A DNA stretch of 25,333 nucleotides from a virus (lineage: Duplodnaviria; Caudoviricetes): positions 1 through 25,333 of IMG/VR virus record IMGVR_UViG_3300048009_000280. The stretch is one strand, 5' to 3'. The translations under genes were made by a program, and so were the position numbers. Below are positions 15,714 to 25,333 of this stretch, in pieces. Below the pieces are notes generated by a model that ran no database searches, was not told where the DNA came from, and was given only the letters and a program-made list of their open reading frames with translations. Numbering within the stretch: position 1 is the stretch's first letter; each line of letters starts with the position of its first letter.

Positions 15714-16601
15714 ATGCCTTTTCCTACTACTGGCTCCAATACTGAGCTACAAGCTGTTAATCAGATCCTGGCGTCAGTTGGTCAGGCTCCCGTGAATACT
15801 CTAACAACTGAAACAACTTTTGTTCTTGAACCACTCATTGCTTTTATTGGTAGTATTTCTGGTACTACATTAACTACTGAAGAAGCAGACATACCTGTAG
15901 GTACTTATTTAAGTGGTACTGGTATTATCCCTAACACAGCTGTTTCTACAACAGGTGTAGCTGTTCCAGCATCAAACCCACAAACATATAATTACACTGT
16001 TAATATTTCACATTCATCAACAGGTAATATATCAATCCTAAAATCAGTTGTTTCTTATAAAGTAGAAACTCAAACTAACCCGGAAGTTGCGATTGCTTTT
16101 AATACTTTAAAAGAAGTATCACGTGAAGTTCAGTCTGAAGGCTGGACATTTAATAAAGAATTAAATCTAGAAGTAACACCAGATGCAACTACAAAGAAAG
16201 TAGTTATTCCTAATAATGCTATTCAATATGATCTTAGTCAAGATTATGTAGCTAACTTAGGAAGAAATAGTGTTAATCGTGGAGGTTATCTCTATGATAC
16301 TATGCACCATACAGATGAATGGGAAGATGAAACTCTTTACATTGATGTACTATGGGAATGGAATTATGAGTATCTACCACAACCTATTCAAGCTTATATT
16401 GTAGCTAGAGCATCTTCTATATTCTCTAGTAGAGTGATTGGTGATGGACAGCAATTCCAAGTGCTATCACAAAAAGAAGCGTATACAAGAGCAATGGCTC
16501 TCGAATACGAATGTAATCAAGGTGACCATACATTCTTTGGTCAACCACAAGGCGGTAATTATTACCGTAGTTACAAACCATTTAACGCACTGTATCGCTA
16601 A
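15714..16601 (+). CDS. Tail tubular protein A (T7 gp11-like) with an ~88-aa insertion
   Basis: ELQAVNQILASVGQAPV...NPEVAIA...VQSEGWTFNKE; synteny after the capsid gene. Confidence 0.93.
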   Translation: MPFPTTGSNTELQAVNQILASVGQAPVNTLTTETTFVLEPLIAFIGSISGTTLTTEEADIPVGTYLSGTGIIPNTAVSTTGVAVPASNPQTYNYTVNISHSSTGNISILKSVVSYKVETQTNPEVAIAFNTLKEVSREVQSEGWTFNKELNLEVTPDATTKKVVIPNNAIQYDLSQDYVANLGRNSVNRGGYLYDTMHHTDEWEDETLYIDVLWEWNYEYLPQPIQAYIVARASSIFSSRVIGDGQQFQVLSQKEAYTRAMALEYECNQGDHTFFGQPQGGNYYRSYKPFNALYR

Positions 16602-19165
16602 TGCCAGTAGTAACCCAACTATCACCTAATTTTCTAGGTGGTGTCTCTAAACAAAACGATGACAAAAAACTAGCTGGTCAGGTATCAGAATGTATTAATG
16701 GTTATCCTGACCCTACCTATGGTCTACTAAAAAGACCTGGTATGAAATTTATTGATCACTTAAAAGATACAGACGACAATGCTTATGATAAAGCTGCTTT
16801 AGAAGATGCTGTATGGTTTTTTCTGGATCGCAGTCAAACCACTTCTTATGTAGCTGCTATTAAAGGTTCTAATATTTATGCTTGGAATGCAGAAACAGGT
16901 AAAGCATGTAATGTTACAAACAATGGTGGTTCGTATTTAACAAACGCTAATACTTCAGATGATTTTCATTTCCGTAGTATTCAAGATACAACAATCATTA
17001 CAAACAAAACTAAAGTTACAGCAATGCTACCAGCTGGTACTTTTTTTGCTAATTCAGTAGGTACTTTAAAATTAGTTTCACTTGTTGATGGCTACAATTA
17101 TACTGTAACCTTCCCTGCTGCTGCTGCTAACAATACAGACGATGTAGTAGCAGAAGTAGCAGCACAACCAAATACAACATTTAATGATATGTTGTTGTAT
17201 GATGCTTCTAATGTTAATACTAACCATCATTTAATTGATGCTATTAAAGATACTATTGAAGCAGAACATACAGCAGGTAATACAAATTTTGATGGTATTT
17301 GGTATTTAGAAGGTTATAACAACAGTATTGTCATCAAACGTGGTACTGGTACTAATACAGTTAAAACTGATTACAGTGCAGTTACTGGTACTCCCTTAGC
17401 ATTTAGTATTGATGCTAGAGGTGGTTTTAATAATGAGTCTTTAGAAGCATTTTTAGATCAAGTTAATGATGTAACTGAACTACCTGCTGAATCTTTTGAT
17501 GGTCATAACGTACGCATCTTAAATACTAATAGTGATAGTGATGATTACTATGTTAAATATGTAGCTTATGATGGAATACGTGGTAAAGGTTATTGGCTTG
17601 AAACAATTGCTAGAGATGGTTCACCTGGACTAGATGCATCCACAATGCCACATAGGTTTGTATTTAATAATACAGTTAATGGTGTAGATCAATTTACATT
17701 TGAACCTATACCTTTTGTAAGTAGGCTAGTTGGTGATGACATTACAAGTCCAGCACCTTCCTTTATAGGTAAAACAATCAAGGCTACATTTTTTTATAAC
17801 AACAGATTTGGTTTGTTATCAGAAGATAATGTAATCTTAAGTGTAGCTAATGAACCTTTTAACTTCTTTGTTAAATCAGCTTTAACACAAATTGCTTCAG
17901 ATCCTATTGATTTAAATGTATCTAGTACAAGACCTGTTACGTTATTTGATGTCTTACCTACAGCTCAAGGTCTTTTGTTATTTGGTGATCGACAGCAGTT
18001 TATTTTATCTGCTACTGATGCAAATACATTGACACCTACGTCTTCTATTATCCGTACAGTATCTAACTATGAAATGGATAGTAATATATCTCCTGTAGAT
18101 ATTGGGACTACTGTAGGTTTTGTTAACAAAGTACCTGATTATGCTAAAGTATTTAGTATGCAGTTACGAGATGTAGAACAACCACCTATTGTTGTAGACA
18201 TCAGTAAAGTTGTTCTTGAATGGATCCCTGAAACTGTTGCTAGATTAGTTTCTAGTCCACAAAACTCTTTCATTATTCTTATAGATAGACAATCGTCTTA
18301 TATCTATATGTATAGTTATTATAATGATGGTGAAAAAGATCTATTTCAAGCTTGGACAAAATGGGAATTAACAGGTACTATTCAAGATGCTTACGTTTTA
18401 AACGATGACATTGTAGTTGTAACACAACAAGAAGATGCGTATTTGTTAAACTCAATTACAGTTAATGAGTTACCTACAGGGGATGTTTCTGTTGTACTCG
18501 ATTCTAATAATGAGTTTGTTGTAACAGGTAATCCATGTCTTGATTTGTTTTCACTCCCAAAATCTCCTGATGGAATTATCGATAAAGTTGTTTATATCCC
18601 AACTGACAATGTAACTAAAATCTACACACCTTATAAACCTATCAAAAATAAAAAAGGTGCACTTTTAATCGGTAAACCTGATAAAGATGCAGGCTTTTTT
18701 GTAGAAGTAACACCTAAAATTGAAGCCAATACAAACTATAACTATTTTGAAGCTGTAGGAAATTTAAGTGATGCAGCTGATAGTATTATTATTGGCTATA
18801 ACTATCACTTTGAAGTACAATTACCTACATTTTATTTTAGACGAAGAGATGGCAACTCTGTTGACTTTAGTGCTATATTAACTATTGCTAGAATTAAAAT
18901 ATCTACTGGTAGATCAGGTCCACTGGTATTTGAAACTAAATTAGGTAGCTCTAAACAATGGACTTTAATTAAAGAGGTAACATTAAGTGATGATTATGCA
19001 TTTAGTACAAGTCCTGTAAAACCTGAATATAAATTTAATGTACCTATCCATCAACGTAACACTAACTTTGAATTAAAAATGACAAGTGATTATCCATATC
19101 CTGTATCTCTTGTAGAGATGATGTGGGAAGGTAACTATTCACCTCGATATTATAGGAGGGCTTAA
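16601..19165 (+). CDS. Tail tubular protein B (T7 gp12-like nozzle)
   Basis: GGVSKQND, GLLKRPG, TMPH, RLVGDDITSPAPSF, FYNNRFGLLS, QAWTKW, WEGNY motifs. Confidence 0.96.
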   Translation: MPVVTQLSPNFLGGVSKQNDDKKLAGQVSECINGYPDPTYGLLKRPGMKFIDHLKDTDDNAYDKAALEDAVWFFLDRSQTTSYVAAIKGSNIYAWNAETGKACNVTNNGGSYLTNANTSDDFHFRSIQDTTIITNKTKVTAMLPAGTFFANSVGTLKLVSLVDGYNYTVTFPAAAANNTDDVVAEVAAQPNTTFNDMLLYDASNVNTNHHLIDAIKDTIEAEHTAGNTNFDGIWYLEGYNNSIVIKRGTGTNTVKTDYSAVTGTPLAFSIDARGGFNNESLEAFLDQVNDVTELPAESFDGHNVRILNTNSDSDDYYVKYVAYDGIRGKGYWLETIARDGSPGLDASTMPHRFVFNNTVNGVDQFTFEPIPFVSRLVGDDITSPAPSFIGKTIKATFFYNNRFGLLSEDNVILSVANEPFNFFVKSALTQIASDPIDLNVSSTRPVTLFDVLPTAQGLLLFGDRQQFILSATDANTLTPTSSIIRTVSNYEMDSNISPVDIGTTVGFVNKVPDYAKVFSMQLRDVEQPPIVVDISKVVLEWIPETVARLVSSPQNSFIILIDRQSSYIYMYSYYNDGEKDLFQAWTKWELTGTIQDAYVLNDDIVVVTQQEDAYLLNSITVNELPTGDVSVVLDSNNEFVVTGNPCLDLFSLPKSPDGIIDKVVYIPTDNVTKIYTPYKPIKNKKGALLIGKPDKDAGFFVEVTPKIEANTNYNYFEAVGNLSDAADSIIIGYNYHFEVQLPTFYFRRRDGNSVDFSAILTIARIKISTGRSGPLVFETKLGSSKQWTLIKEVTLSDDYAFSTSPVKPEYKFNVPIHQRNTNFELKMTSDYPYPVSLVEMMWEGNYSPRYYRRA

Positions 19166-20628
19166 TGTTTGACATTGAATTTAATCCTAAGGAAAGTTTT
19201 CTTAAAGAGCAGTTAGAAACATCTGGTCTTGAAATGAAAATTTTTGACGAATTGTACAACGCAGCTTTTTCTGGTCAGATAAATGAAGAAAGACGAAAAA
19301 GTGAAAGGGCTCAACAAGTAGAATTAAACGAACAAGCAAGAGATGTTTATGAATACGAAAAAGAAGTTTTTGAAGCAGGTAAGGATGATTATTATGCTCA
19401 ACGAGAGTTTGAATTTGAAACTGCATTAAAACAGTATGATTACAATGTAGAAATACAAGACTATTCATACGCTCAAGCTTTAGCACGTTACGAAAAAGAT
19501 CTTGGTATTTATGAAGCACAGCTTGGTTATAACGAAGCTGCTTTTGGATTAGCTATTGGTGATCAACAAGCTGCTTTACAAGATGTGGCATTACAACAAG
19601 CATTTCAACGTGAATCACTTTATGCAGATCTTCAAAATGAATTAATTAACCAAGGTTTTAATAGAGAAACACAAGAAGTCAGACTAGAAACTATTAAAAC
19701 AGGGTTTGAAAATCAACTTACTAATCTAGGTATTGATAAATTACAACAACAAGCAAATTTATTTGGTATACAAAGTAATAGACGTATTCAAACTGAAAGT
19801 ATTCAAACTGAACTAAAAAATCTTTCTAATTCTAATTTATTTCAACAAGAAGCTGAATTTGTTAAAGGATTACAAGCATCCGGTCAAGCTGCTTTAGGTC
19901 AGGCTGGTAAATCAACAGCTAAAAGTATAGCATCTGCTCAAGCTGAATCATTTAGAACGTTAACTCAATTAAAATCTTCTTTAAAAGGTTCTAGACGTAG
20001 TGCTGGTATTCAACTATTAAATCTAAATGTTGACTCAGCAGTTAGAGAGACTGGTGTTAATTTGAATATTAATAAAATTGATGAAGCAACTAGATTTGCT
20101 AGAGTTACGGCAGGTCTTCAAACAAAACAAGTTGGCATTGATATTGCTAGAATTGATCAAGCTATTAGCTTTGCTAACGAAGAAGCTGAATTTAATAACA
20201 GAGTATTACAAGCTAACATGGATAGTCAGATTGCTCAAATTGAACGTAACATCCAACAAATTGAACTACAAAAATTAGGTCAAGATTTAAAAGCTGAAGC
20301 CCAGATGAGTATCTTCCCAGAACCACTACCTACACTACCTGAACCACAATTGGGACCAGAAAGAACGTTTGTTAAACCTCTTAAAACAGAACCAGGCCAA
20401 GTACCTAAAGGTGCACGTATTGATCCATTAAATGAACTTTTAAGTGCTGGTGCACAGGTTGCCTCGTTTGTCGCTGGCGGTGGTGTCCAAAACATCCAAA
20501 ATCTTTTCGGCCCTACGGGTGGCGGAGGCGGTACTTCGTTTAATCCCAACGCTCCAAACCTTACAGGCAATATTGACCCCTTTGGAAATTTTGGAGATTT
20601 TGGTGGTGGAACACCGTACAATTTTTAA
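19165..20628 (+). CDS. Internal virion (ejection) protein, gp14 position
   Basis: Long Q/A/E-rich helical protein with a Pro-rich then Gly-rich tail. Assigned from synteny. Confidence 0.75.
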   Translation: MFDIEFNPKESFLKEQLETSGLEMKIFDELYNAAFSGQINEERRKSERAQQVELNEQARDVYEYEKEVFEAGKDDYYAQREFEFETALKQYDYNVEIQDYSYAQALARYEKDLGIYEAQLGYNEAAFGLAIGDQQAALQDVALQQAFQRESLYADLQNELINQGFNRETQEVRLETIKTGFENQLTNLGIDKLQQQANLFGIQSNRRIQTESIQTELKNLSNSNLFQQEAEFVKGLQASGQAALGQAGKSTAKSIASAQAESFRTLTQLKSSLKGSRRSAGIQLLNLNVDSAVRETGVNLNINKIDEATRFARVTAGLQTKQVGIDIARIDQAISFANEEAEFNNRVLQANMDSQIAQIERNIQQIELQKLGQDLKAEAQMSIFPEPLPTLPEPQLGPERTFVKPLKTEPGQVPKGARIDPLNELLSAGAQVASFVAGGGVQNIQNLFGPTGGGGGTSFNPNAPNLTGNIDPFGNFGDFGGGTPYNF

Positions 20629-20719
20629 TCTTCTCCAACAACAAGAAGATGATGCTCAAGGTTTTGCTGACGGTGGACTTCTTAGCTTTCTAGATTAAAC
20701 TATTTTTAATAAATAAACT

Positions 20720-23440
20720 ATGGCACGACTACAATACCAACCCGCTACAAGACCAAGAGGATTCCAACCTATTCAACTTAGTAGGGCTGGTATTGCTCGA
20801 ATGGAAGAAGAAAGTAACAGGATTATCCGAGGTATGGAGCGTCAACGTGACGCTGAAATAAGACAAAGAGATAGTGACCTTCAAGATATGAAGGAAAACT
20901 CTGAGTATGAAAGGCGAGCACGTGAACGCAATCAAGACATTGAAAAACTTAACATTAAAAACGAACAGCTTGCTATTGAAAATCAAGCTAAATCTAAGCA
21001 AGCGCAAGAGAAAGCTGATCAAGAATTATTTAAATCTACAGTAGGTGCTTTAGTTGATTTCAGTGTAACTGCTGGTAAAGTAGCTGCTGAAAGAACTAAG
21101 CAGATGATCATTGATCAAACTGAAGAAGGTCGTCAGGCTAGGCTTACAGAGTATAGAAATAACCCTCAAATTCAGAATGACTATGCTACAACTGAAAGTC
21201 AATTAGGTATTGAGACAGTAAAATATGATAATGTTAATTATTTAGCTGAGGCTAAAGGTTTTCAAACATCTAATGAAACATCTAAAAATTTACTGGCTAA
21301 CCCTGGTAGAAGTATCTATTGGCAAAAAGGTTACTACAATCAATTAATTAAAGAACAAACACCTTTACTTTTAGGTAGAGCCTTTCAAGGTACTAAAGCT
21401 CTTTTTACTGATGCAGCCGGTAATCAATTTAGTGGTATAGAAGCTGTTAACGATCCAGCAAGAACTACTATTGTATTAGATACTGTATTAAAAAATCTAT
21501 ATGGATCAACAGGTTTAAATATTAGTGAACTTGAACCTGGATTTTTAGCTGATTCAAATGATGCTGTTGATAAAATCCGCAGTGCTTATATTCAAAGATC
21601 TATACAAGGGGAAACAAAACAAAACTATGAAGCCCTTGCTAGTCAAGGTCAAAACTTAAGAGATAATGGTGAAATTGTACAAGCTTATCTATTAGATTTA
21701 AAAAACCCTCTTATTGGTAGAGAAAAAGCTTTACAGAATGTCTTTGATTTATACTCTGCACGAAATGCTGATGGTTCATTGCGTTATTCAAAGGAATATT
21801 TAGATAACCTTAACCTATTAGGTGATGGTACTATTCTTGAAAAACGAAGAAATAGTTCTCGTTATATGGAAGCACAGCGCTTGCGTGTACAAACTAGAAC
21901 AGACGACATGCGTGAGGATCAAGCTAGATCTAGAGTTGAAGCTAAAGATTTTGCAGCTAGTGCTGTACCAAAAATGCAAGCTTATTTTGATAATGCTGAT
22001 CCAGAAGGAGATTTAGAAGGTGCTGCTACATTTGAAAGAGAATTTTATGAAAGGTTTTCTGGTCAAAGTTTACCTCAACGTTACCTAGATGCAAAAAAAG
22101 CAGCGTTGCAAGGTAATAAAAAAACAGAATTATCACTTATTGCTCAGCAATATACAAACAAAACTATAGATGAAGCTTTTATTGAATCTATTCAAGATCC
22201 TCAAAATAAAATTCAAGCTATTGATTTGTATAAAAAACAAGAAGTAGAAAAGTATGGACCTACTTATGCTAAAACAAGAAAACTTTTAGTTGCTGATGCT
22301 AAAGGTTTGACAAAATTTCAGCTTGGTACAGAAGGCATGGATTCTACAACTTTATATGTAAAAAAATCTTTAGAAAATGAATACAAATTTTTGTTTAAAA
22401 CTTTAATAGATAAAGGTGTACCACCTGAAGTAGCCTCTAAAGAAGCTTATACACAACTTCAAGCTTATGTTGCTAAAGGTGTGGCAGGGGATAAACAAAA
22501 CAAATTTTATTCTGAAACAGGTCCAAACAACGCAACTGTTTTTCCAAACATTCAAGGTACAGCAACACAATTAAGCGTTGCCGCTCAAGAACGTCGTAAT
22601 GAATTAAATAAACTTTTAACACAAGATGATACTGGTTTATTTTCAAAACCAAATTCAATCTTATCTGAACAAGAAATTGAAACTAGTATAGGTTCTTATT
22701 ACGCTAATAATGGTACTTTTAGAATACCAGTAAATGTAGAATATACAGCTAAGATACTAGGTGTTAGTCCTATAGCAGCTATTAATGCACAGATTGAAGC
22801 TTCTAATAAAAAGTATGGGTTAAATCGTCGTTTACTTATGCCAACACCAGCTGAAGAAGCTGTATTTGATCAAGTACCTTCAGTTCAAAAACTATTCACT
22901 GATTGGACTACATCATCAGAAAATAGATTTAAGCGTGGTAATGCTTTTGTTACAGGTACAACTGGTCCTATGAGAGCTAGTATGACTGGTACTGGAGTTG
23001 CACCTATTGAACAGACAAATGCACTTGTAGAGGTTGCTGGAGAGCTAGGTGTAAGTCCTATTGATCTTGCTACTATTATTGGATTTGAAACTGGCGGTAC
23101 TTATGATCCTGGTATTGTTGGTGGAGAAGGTGGTAACTATCAGGGTTTAATTCAATTTGGTGGACCAGAAAGAACTGCTTATGGTGTAGTACCAGGTATG
23201 TCTTTTGAAGAACAACTTCGTGGTCCTGTTAAGAGATTTTTCCAAGATAGATTTGCAGTAGCAGGTATGTCCACACAAGGTGCTAATTTAGAAGATCTTT
23301 ATACTACAGTTATTGCTGGCAACCCTGGCGCAAATAGGGACGCACAGGATTCATTTGGAACTTCTGCTAGAAGTGGTGTTGCGAAAATGGGTCCACATAG
23401 AGAAAGAGCCATGCAACGCTTTGGTCTTAGTCAAAACTAA
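20720..23440 (+). CDS. Internal virion protein (gp15 position) with C-terminal lytic transglycosylase-like domain
   Basis: Synteny. C-terminal ELGVSPIDLATIIGFETGG...YQGLIQFG lysozyme-fold motif. Confidence 0.82.
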   Translation: MARLQYQPATRPRGFQPIQLSRAGIARMEEESNRIIRGMERQRDAEIRQRDSDLQDMKENSEYERRARERNQDIEKLNIKNEQLAIENQAKSKQAQEKADQELFKSTVGALVDFSVTAGKVAAERTKQMIIDQTEEGRQARLTEYRNNPQIQNDYATTESQLGIETVKYDNVNYLAEAKGFQTSNETSKNLLANPGRSIYWQKGYYNQLIKEQTPLLLGRAFQGTKALFTDAAGNQFSGIEAVNDPARTTIVLDTVLKNLYGSTGLNISELEPGFLADSNDAVDKIRSAYIQRSIQGETKQNYEALASQGQNLRDNGEIVQAYLLDLKNPLIGREKALQNVFDLYSARNADGSLRYSKEYLDNLNLLGDGTILEKRRNSSRYMEAQRLRVQTRTDDMREDQARSRVEAKDFAASAVPKMQAYFDNADPEGDLEGAATFEREFYERFSGQSLPQRYLDAKKAALQGNKKTELSLIAQQYTNKTIDEAFIESIQDPQNKIQAIDLYKKQEVEKYGPTYAKTRKLLVADAKGLTKFQLGTEGMDSTTLYVKKSLENEYKFLFKTLIDKGVPPEVASKEAYTQLQAYVAKGVAGDKQNKFYSETGPNNATVFPNIQGTATQLSVAAQERRNELNKLLTQDDTGLFSKPNSILSEQEIETSIGSYYANNGTFRIPVNVEYTAKILGVSPIAAINAQIEASNKKYGLNRRLLMPTPAEEAVFDQVPSVQKLFTDWTTSSENRFKRGNAFVTGTTGPMRASMTGTGVAPIEQTNALVEVAGELGVSPIDLATIIGFETGGTYDPGIVGGEGGNYQGLIQFGGPERTAYGVVPGMSFEEQLRGPVKRFFQDRFAVAGMSTQGANLEDLYTTVIAGNPGANRDAQDSFGTSARSGVAKMGPHRERAMQRFGLSQN

Positions 23441-23456
23441 TTAAAAAACAAACAAC

Positions 23457-25333
23457 ATGAACGATCCATTAGATTATTCAAATGTTGGTAGTGAATATGT
23501 GTTGAGTGAAGAAGATCGTAACAAGCAACTCTCTAATGAACAAATAGAAGAAATTCAACAGAGAGTTGATACTTACGAACAGCAACAACAGCAACTTCAA
23601 GAACAAGAGACACAACCTCCTACGGGAGGTCAAACTACACCAACAATTGAACAACCTGCACCTACGGGTGAGGCTACAATGCAACCTGAAATGGCTGCTG
23701 AACCATTCGATCCAAGTAAAGATTATTCTTATTATGAAGCCCAAGGTATGAGCCGTGGGGAATGGAACCGTTTACAAATGAGTGGTGGGGTTGGGAGTGA
23801 CGTAGAAGGTTTTGCTACTGATCCTAGATACGCTGCGGAACTAGCGACTGCTATTCCTGTTGGTGGTGTATTAGATCCAATCACTGATCTAGCTAATAAA
23901 TTCCTACCAAAAAGTGCACAGATTCCTAAGGTAACACCTTATGAAAACGGTGTATCATCAGCAGTAAGAGCTATTTCTTCTGTTGTTGTACCTACATTAG
24001 CCCTTCAAGGTGTTGGTATGGCCGCAGCAACTACAGCACAAACTGCAACCACTAAAGCACTTGGAGCAGGTAACGTCATCAATAGGTTAGGTAATACTGC
24101 CTTTATGAAGTTCCTTGGAACCAGGGGTGTAGAAGCAGGTGCTAGTGTTGCTGTCGGCGCTTTTAGCTCTGAGTATGAAGAAGACAATGCTTTTGGTACT
24201 CTTAAGAAAGCTTTGCCACCACAATATGATTTTATCCCTGATAGCTGGGCCACACTAGATACAGATAGTCCAGATGAAAAACGTATTAAAAACATTAATG
24301 AAGATTTAGGTCTTGGTTTTCTTATTCCTTTTGTAGGTTTTCTTGGTAAGTTTGGTTTTGCAATTAATGAAGTAGGTCAAACTTTTTCTAAAGGTCCAAA
24401 AATTGTTGGTGAGACACCTCAAGCACAGAAAATTATTAATGATCTAACACCAGTTGCTAAAAGTGATGATGCAGTAGAAGAACTTTCTAGATATGCTGCT
24501 AAACAAGAAGCAGATCTTGATGAGCTTGGCTACTACAATCAAGCTATGAATCCTAATGCTAACGTCCCACTGAAAGGTGTAAACGACGTTTATGATTGGA
24601 ATGAAGTTGGGATGCGTAGTCTTGATGATTTCGGTATCATTGGTGCTAGTGTTGATGCAGTACGTGTTGCTAAAAACAAAGGATCAGTTTATGGTCGTTT
24701 AGGTAACTTTATTAGTGAACCTGCACGTAAGTTTGCCATCAGTACACCAGGTGGTGTTGAAGAAGTTTCAATTGGTCTTGCTAAACAACTAAAAGATGCT
24801 GATCGTTATCGTGTTGATGCAGCGGATTGGGCAATTAGTTTTGATGAAATCCAAGAACAAGGTGATAACTTAGTACTTGAATTGTTTGATCCTACTGTTG
24901 GTGTAGATGAAATTCGTAAGATTCTTGATCCTGTCATTGTAAAAAATGAGTTTGGTGTAGAAACATTAACTGATGAAGGATACAGAGGTATCTTTAGGAT
25001 GATTGATGATCAAGCTAAAGCATTCACTGGCATGGATATTGCTAAAGCACAAGCTTATAGTGCTACGTCAATCTCCGGCCAAATTGCTGATCTATCTGAA
25101 GGTATTAGACTTAACCGAGGTTCAGCTGCTGTTGATCAAGCTAAAGAACAAATTCGTGATAACCTAGCATATCTACAACAACTACAAGGAACCACTAAAT
25201 ATTACTTAGATAAGAAACGTGGTATCATGGCTTTAGGTGAGCGTGTTCGTGCATTTGGTAAGACACCAGAACAACTAAACAAAGAGATTATTGAACAATC
25301 ACCACAAGCTTTACGTATTATTCAAGACGAAAG
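23457..25333 (+). CDS. Large internal virion protein (gp16 position), 3'-truncated
   Basis: ATG 23457 (MNDPLDYSNVGSEY...). The frame reads as open at both ends (…QSPQALRIIQDE), and its absence from the ORF track is consistent with no stop in the window. Assigned from synteny. Confidence 0.85.
   Translation, partial: MNDPLDYSNVGSEYVLSEEDRNKQLSNEQIEEIQQRVDTYEQQQQQLQEQETQPPTGGQTTPTIEQPAPTGEATMQPEMAAEPFDPSKDYSYYEAQGMSRGEWNRLQMSGGVGSDVEGFATDPRYAAELATAIPVGGVLDPITDLANKFLPKSAQIPKVTPYENGVSSAVRAISSVVVPTLALQGVGMAAATTAQTATTKALGAGNVINRLGNTAFMKFLGTRGVEAGASVAVGAFSSEYEEDNAFGTLKKALPPQYDFIPDSWATLDTDSPDEKRIKNINEDLGLGFLIPFVGFLGKFGFAINEVGQTFSKGPKIVGETPQAQKIINDLTPVAKSDDAVEELSRYAAKQEADLDELGYYNQAMNPNANVPLKGVNDVYDWNEVGMRSLDDFGIIGASVDAVRVAKNKGSVYGRLGNFISEPARKFAISTPGGVEEVSIGLAKQLKDADRYRVDAADWAISFDEIQEQGDNLVLELFDPTVGVDEIRKILDPVIVKNEFGVETLTDEGYRGIFRMIDDQAKAFTGMDIAKAQAYSATSISGQIADLSEGIRLNRGSAAVDQAKEQIRDNLAYLQQLQGTTKYYLDKKRGIMALGERVRAFGKTPEQLNKEIIEQSPQALRIIQDE

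Noticed and set aside
20444-20698. 84-aa ORF as an independent gene
   Set aside because: Its first ~60 codons overlap gp14 and look non-coding. Only the last 23-24 codons look real and are treated as a frameshift extension or relic.

Overview
This window is the central ~25 kb of a T7-like marine cyanopodovirus (Autographiviridae-type, probably infecting Synechococcus/Prochlorococcus), with all real genes on the + strand. Gene order: RNA polymerase (5'-truncated), SSB, endonuclease I, primase/helicase, a DNA polymerase split into two ORFs, 5'-3' exonuclease, an overlapping nblA-like gene, DUF3310, a MazG-like NTP pyrophosphatase, a two-subunit ribonucleotide reductase, portal, scaffold, hli, a cluster of tiny basic proteins, a lysozyme-like protein, a small beta-barrel-like protein, major capsid, tail tubular proteins A and B, and three internal virion proteins (the last 3'-truncated). 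The most unusual signal is non-coding and flanks the capsid gene. The 350-nt capsid leader holds a candidate phage-RNAP promoter, a Downstream-peptide (glutamine-II) riboswitch-like fold with its 15-aa YRG peptide, a tRNA-like acceptor/T-arm mini-structure and a palindrome/pseudoknot. Just after the capsid terminator is a 16/19 match to the Fur box, abutting the tail gene start. Together these suggest host nitrogen and iron status may feed into virion gene expression (inference). Several candidate recoding or non-canonical start sites also occur. All calls come from manual motif reading; no searches were run.
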